The notes under the pieces are model-generated. The model was not told where the DNA came from. It did not search any database and saw nothing but the letters and a program-made list of their open reading frames with translations. Source: Candidatus Heimdallarchaeota archaeon (GTDB lineage: Archaea; Asgardarchaeota; Heimdallarchaeia; Heimdallarchaeales; Heimdallarchaeaceae). From it: a stretch of 64,000 nucleotides of DNA. Positions 60,121 through 64,000 of this stretch are shown piece by piece (position 1 is the first letter of the stretch; the number at the start of each line of letters is the position of its first letter). The position numbers were made by a program, and so were the translations under genes. Where the stretch lies: contig JAUVXV010000006.1 of assembly GCA_030603365.1 (NCBI GenBank), positions 32,001 through 96,000 of the forward strand, given 5' to 3'.

Positions 60121-61017
60121 ATGAAAATACTTAAGCAATTCGGATATGGGAGAATAGTTGAATTGAAAATTAATAATCTTCAGAGATACACTCCAATGTT
60201 TATTCCTGCTTTATCGAGTGCAAGTAGAAAAAACGATTTCTTAAATGCTAAAAGATGGGTAAAAAGAGTAAAACCTGTGGATTTCTTAATTTCAGCTTAT
60301 GATTACATAGAAGATTTTAAGGATCTAAAGATTAAGAAAGATTCTTTTGTAACATTAGACAGTGGGGGTTATGAGCTCAGAAACATCATAAAACCAAAAC
60401 AATGGACTCTTGATTCTTATTTAGAGATAATTGATAAAATCCATCCAGATATGATTATATCCCTTGATCATCCTGAAAACAACTTTACTCAATCAATTAG
60501 CTGTTTTGAGCAAATAAAAGAAAGCTATTCTAACAATTCTTATCTACAATTCGTAATTGCTGAAACTAAAAAAGAAAAGATCCCAGATTCAGTAATAAAT
60601 ACTTTACAACTGATTGAACTAGATGTTATTGGGATTCCAGAAGTGAATCTAGGAAAAAATCTAGAAGAAAGATTACAAAGTATTCAGTCTATAGTTAAGA
60701 TTCTTAGCTCTATGCAGAATCCAACCCTTCTACATATCTTAGGCTGCAGTGATCCTGAGATGATTAAGAAATATGCATTATCTGGAGCAGATATATTTGA
60801 TGGGCTAGGTTGGTATAGACAAGTTGTTGATATTTCAGATAATGAAAACTTTAAATTCACTAATTTCGCAAATTTGGATAGTGATTGTGAATGTAAAGCA
60901 TGTAAATTAACACTAACTGAAGACTATGAAGAAAAGGTTTTTGCTCACAACTACTTAGCTTATTATGCTTTGATGGAACAAATAAGAGAGATGATTATCA
61001 AAGGAAGTGAAATCTAA
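60121..61017 (+). CDS. tRNA-guanine transglycosylase-like protein (Cap10/DpdA-like)
   Basis: TPMFIP, LDSGGY, SLD, LHILG, GADIFD, CECKAC...HN zinc site. Confidence 0.85.
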   Translation: MKILKQFGYGRIVELKINNLQRYTPMFIPALSSASRKNDFLNAKRWVKRVKPVDFLISAYDYIEDFKDLKIKKDSFVTLDSGGYELRNIIKPKQWTLDSYLEIIDKIHPDMIISLDHPENNFTQSISCFEQIKESYSNNSYLQFVIAETKKEKIPDSVINTLQLIELDVIGIPEVNLGKNLEERLQSIQSIVKILSSMQNPTLLHILGCSDPEMIKKYALSGADIFDGLGWYRQVVDISDNENFKFTNFANLDSDCECKACKLTLTEDYEEKVFAHNYLAYYALMEQIREMIIKGSEI

Positions 61018-61538
61018 TGGGTGGAGGAAGCAGTGGAGTATATAATCCACCAAGTAGATCGGCGACATATGGAAAAGATTTAAAGAATCAAGCAAATGAA
61101 AGTATAAGAAACACAGAAATGAGATTGCAAAGGAGACTTACTGATTTTTCCTATGAACCCCGTAATGTGTTCATCAGCTTTCATACTGTGGATGAAATGC
61201 AAGTAAAGCTCTTAAGATACCAAGCAAAGGATGATAGATTCGATTTTGCTTTTCGGGATTATTCAGTTCAAGAACCTTTCTCAGATAAATGGAAAACGAG
61301 AGTAAAAGAGAGAATAAAGAGAAGTGATTATACTATTTGCTTGATTGGTGAAGATACACATTCTAGAGAAGCTGTTAATTGGGAATTGAATCAAAGCTAT
61401 AAAATGGATAAGAAGGTAGTTGGTGTTAGAATTTATCGTGATGCAAAACACAAAATACCAGAACCAATAAAGAGAAATAAATCAAAAGTAGTTGACTGGA
61501 ATCTTGGAGATATCATGGAGCAATTATCTGAAGAATAA
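61017..61538 (+). CDS. ThsB-like TIR protein with Gly-rich N-terminal extension
   Basis: MGGGSSG start; RNVFISF, DYSV, CLIG..T, VNWEL; TAATG coupling to the TGT gene. Confidence 0.88.
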   Translation: MGGGSSGVYNPPSRSATYGKDLKNQANESIRNTEMRLQRRLTDFSYEPRNVFISFHTVDEMQVKLLRYQAKDDRFDFAFRDYSVQEPFSDKWKTRVKERIKRSDYTICLIGEDTHSREAVNWELNQSYKMDKKVVGVRIYRDAKHKIPEPIKRNKSKVVDWNLGDIMEQLSEE

Positions 61539-61572
61539 AATTCAATAAGAAAAAAGATGATTCACAAACTTA

Positions 61573-62922
61573 TCAAAAATGTAAGTTTAAATCATCAAAA
61601 TTGGCAAGATATAGATTTTCCTTTGTTTGTTTGAGTATGCCCTCCTTAGTAAAAGAATTTAATACATTATAATAGGTTGAATAATTCAGAATATTTATTC
61701 CGAAAGGAAAGCTTGCTGCTATAATTTCAGATACTGAAGCTTTTTTAACAGTATATAAATAAAATAAGATAAACTCTTCTACAGTTTGTGTCAAATTACT
61801 CTGAATATGATGCCATTGAGGAACATCATCTTCTGAAGGAATTTGAAGAGCTTTGATCTCTTTTCTTACTACCATTGACCAAAAGTTTTTCACTTGTTCA
61901 TCTGTTGGAAAACCATTGTGAAAATCTTGAAAACAATCTTTCACATGGAGAAACATAAAATAGTAAGCATTTATAGCTCTTTTAATTTCGTAAGCCATAC
62001 TCGTGTATTCTTCCCAAGATGCAGATGAAACATTAGATTCATGAAATAGTGCTCCTCTAACTTTAAACCATCTATCAATATTTCTAAGATAAAAGATTAC
62101 TGTTTTCTCAACATCTAAGGGGATTGTTTTATATTTTTCTTTATAGAGCTCTATGAGTTTTTTAAATTGTATAATTACTTTATCCTTGATTGGCATATAG
62201 GTATTATCTATCGCATCTAGAACATTGTTGTGCACCTGATTGAGCACTTTCTGTTCTGCTTGTATTTCTCCTTCCTTTATTATTTTCTCTATTGCTTGCT
62301 TAGAAAGTTCTTTCATTTTTTCTCGAAAAATACACCAAATACTTGTAGGAGCTTCTATATTTTTTAGCTTAGTATTAATAAAAAGTGATTCTAATGCTAT
62401 GACAATATTCTCAAAAAATTCTATTGAGTGTTTCTCATTATCTAGTGCAATACGGTATTTTCTTAATGATCTAAGAAATCTTTGTATAGATTCATTATCC
62501 TCTTCTTCACTTAATTTATCAATTTTTGTTGTTAGAGTGTGATACAAAGTATGATAATCTTGTGGAAAAACCCTTTGACTTCTATCATAAGAAATACGAA
62601 AACCACCTTCATTTTCTTTTCTTACTAGTGGCATAAAAACTTGAAATGAAGAGGAAAAACCTAGAGCAAAGGCATCCATCAAAGGTGAAAAACTTTTCAT
62701 CACTTTCTTTGTTCTTTCATCACCTGGGATGAAATCTTCTACCATCATTGTTTCTTCATCTTTTTTCAATTTCATCTTAAAACTAATATTGCGTTGAGGT
62801 CTTTCTTCAGTTTGGTATACAATAACTTCAATTTTGGAGAAATCATAAAAGCCTTCAGGAGGTAAATTACCAAAAGGATAACTTCTGAACTCACCTATCA
62901 AAGGACGTTTCTCATCAGACAT
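61573..62922 (-). CDS. ApeA/MAE_28990-like HEPN protein
   Basis: IVIALESLF followed by the R-x4-H motif VRGALFH; possible C-terminal wHTH. Confidence 0.65.
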   Translation of the reverse strand: MSDEKRPLIGEFRSYPFGNLPPEGFYDFSKIEVIVYQTEERPQRNISFKMKLKKDEETMMVEDFIPGDERTKKVMKSFSPLMDAFALGFSSSFQVFMPLVRKENEGGFRISYDRSQRVFPQDYHTLYHTLTTKIDKLSEEEDNESIQRFLRSLRKYRIALDNEKHSIEFFENIVIALESLFINTKLKNIEAPTSIWCIFREKMKELSKQAIEKIIKEGEIQAEQKVLNQVHNNVLDAIDNTYMPIKDKVIIQFKKLIELYKEKYKTIPLDVEKTVIFYLRNIDRWFKVRGALFHESNVSSASWEEYTSMAYEIKRAINAYYFMFLHVKDCFQDFHNGFPTDEQVKNFWSMVVRKEIKALQIPSEDDVPQWHHIQSNLTQTVEEFILFYLYTVKKASVSEIIAASFPFGINILNYSTYYNVLNSFTKEGILKQTKENLYLANFDDLNLHF

Positions 62923-63568
62923 AGTAACTAGAGTAAATATAGAAATATAAATCTACTCTCTAGCAATCTTTTTAGAATAATGTTTTACACCCTATTATCT
63001 TCCATTTTGGTTATGAATTAAGAATATGATGAACTTTCAGATTCTGATAAACTATAAAAAGAATAGGTCCACTTGTTCAAGATTATCTAAAAACCAGTCT
63101 AGAATCGCTAATTGATGAAATTGAGAATATAATCAGTAATTCTTGTTATGGTTATGATGATATTGCTAAAGCTATTGCAGAAAAAATTGATGGAAAAACT
63201 ATATCTTCTAAACAGTGGTCAACTCTTCTGGACCTATTAATAGTTCAGTAAATGGTGCTGATCCAGATATGGGAGTTTATGAGGAATTGGAAAGTAAGGA
63301 TTATATTTTTGAAGGTTTGAAAATAGCTTATGTTATTATAATCAGTGGTAATATTACAATCCTCATGTAAGCACCTATTCATGTAGAAGTGAAGATTAAT
63401 AATGTAGTGATTAAGAAATGAGCGGTAGTACCTTGAAGAGAATTCCAGAACTATTTATATTTATAAAATCAAATGCAAACTAATTTATCAACATGTTATG
63501 ATTCTTACTTTGGTGCAGAAAAGAGCATTTTTCAACAATGGAGACTTAACAAAATTGGAAAAAACTGC

Positions 63569-64000
63569 TCACAAGCTATTAAATGTTTGAATTAGAATAT
63601 TTAGAATGAATTCCAAATTTTTTTTGTACTTTTTCATATCATCTTTAGTTAAATCGACTTCTATTGTATGAGCACTACTATTTCCTGCCTCTCGATATTT
63701 GTTAAGTTCTTTAATTAAATCATTGTTCAGGGGAGGAAAAACATCAAAATCCTTTTCTTTAATTTTTGAATCTAAATTCTTTATTATAGTGTTAAGTGGT
63801 TTAAACTGTTTTCTATCCGTATTAAAATACAAATTAACATTATCCTTTGTTTTAGAACCATATTTTTTTCTTAAAATTCCAATTACAAGATTTTCAATCA
63901 ATTTTCTTAGAAGAATTAAAACTGCTGAATATATTTCATATGTATATGCCAAATTTATGTCTTTTTGTAGCTTACGATAGAAATCGCTTGGATAAGTATG
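63569..64000 (-). CDS. C-terminal part of a DUF4145-like HEPN protein, truncated by the window edge
   Basis: Frame is open to 64000 (HTYPSDFYRKLQKDINLAY...); LLRKLIE and R...NSSAH. Confidence 0.6.
   Translation of the reverse strand, partial: HTYPSDFYRKLQKDINLAYTYEIYSAVLILLRKLIENLVIGILRKKYGSKTKDNVNLYFNTDRKQFKPLNTIIKNLDSKIKEKDFDVFPPLNNDLIKELNKYREAGNSSAHTIEVDLTKDDMKKYKKNLEFILNILIQTFNSL

Noticed and set aside
59445-61017. queC + tgt as housekeeping archaeosine genes or a Dpd DNA-modification cluster
   Set aside because: The TGT is short and lacks the archaeal TGT C-terminal/PUA domains, no dpdB/C or preQ0 pathway genes are adjacent, and the pair is embedded between TIR genes

Overview
AT-rich archaeal DNA, most likely from an Asgard archaeon of the Heimdallarchaeia. 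This is inferred from TATA/BRE promoters, T-rich terminators, a DRG-type GTPase, a uDENN/longin-like protein and a large set of surface proteins with PEF-like sorting tails. (1) 0.2-19 kb is mostly core genes (pyk, nucleotidyltransferase, ferredoxin, beta-CASP nuclease, DRG GTPase). It also holds a probable CD36/SR-BI/LIMP-2-like two-TM receptor with an inserted LVIVD propeller, and two divergent tubulin/FtsZ-superfamily paralogues, one with the GTPase motifs and one degenerate. (2) There are two TnpB elements: a solo TnpB with a rearranged RuvC, and an IS607-like element carrying a 649-aa TnpB-like nuclease inserted precisely into ogt. An orphan omega-RNA-like remnant with covarying stems lies at 42.1-42.3 kb. 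(3) 24.6-49 kb is a plastic region of duplicated surface proteins, an ABC exporter and small enzymes. (4) 49.2-64 kb is a defence island. It has a type I R-M locus with two hsdM genes, followed by the best candidate for a new system: TM effector + TIR + small Cys/His protein + QueC + TGT-like + a second TIR whose N-terminus is MGGGSSG. This looks like a Thoeris-like system carrying the QueC/TGT protein-deazaguanylation module known from type IV CBASS. HEPN-type genes follow. All family calls come from motif recognition by eye; no searches were run.
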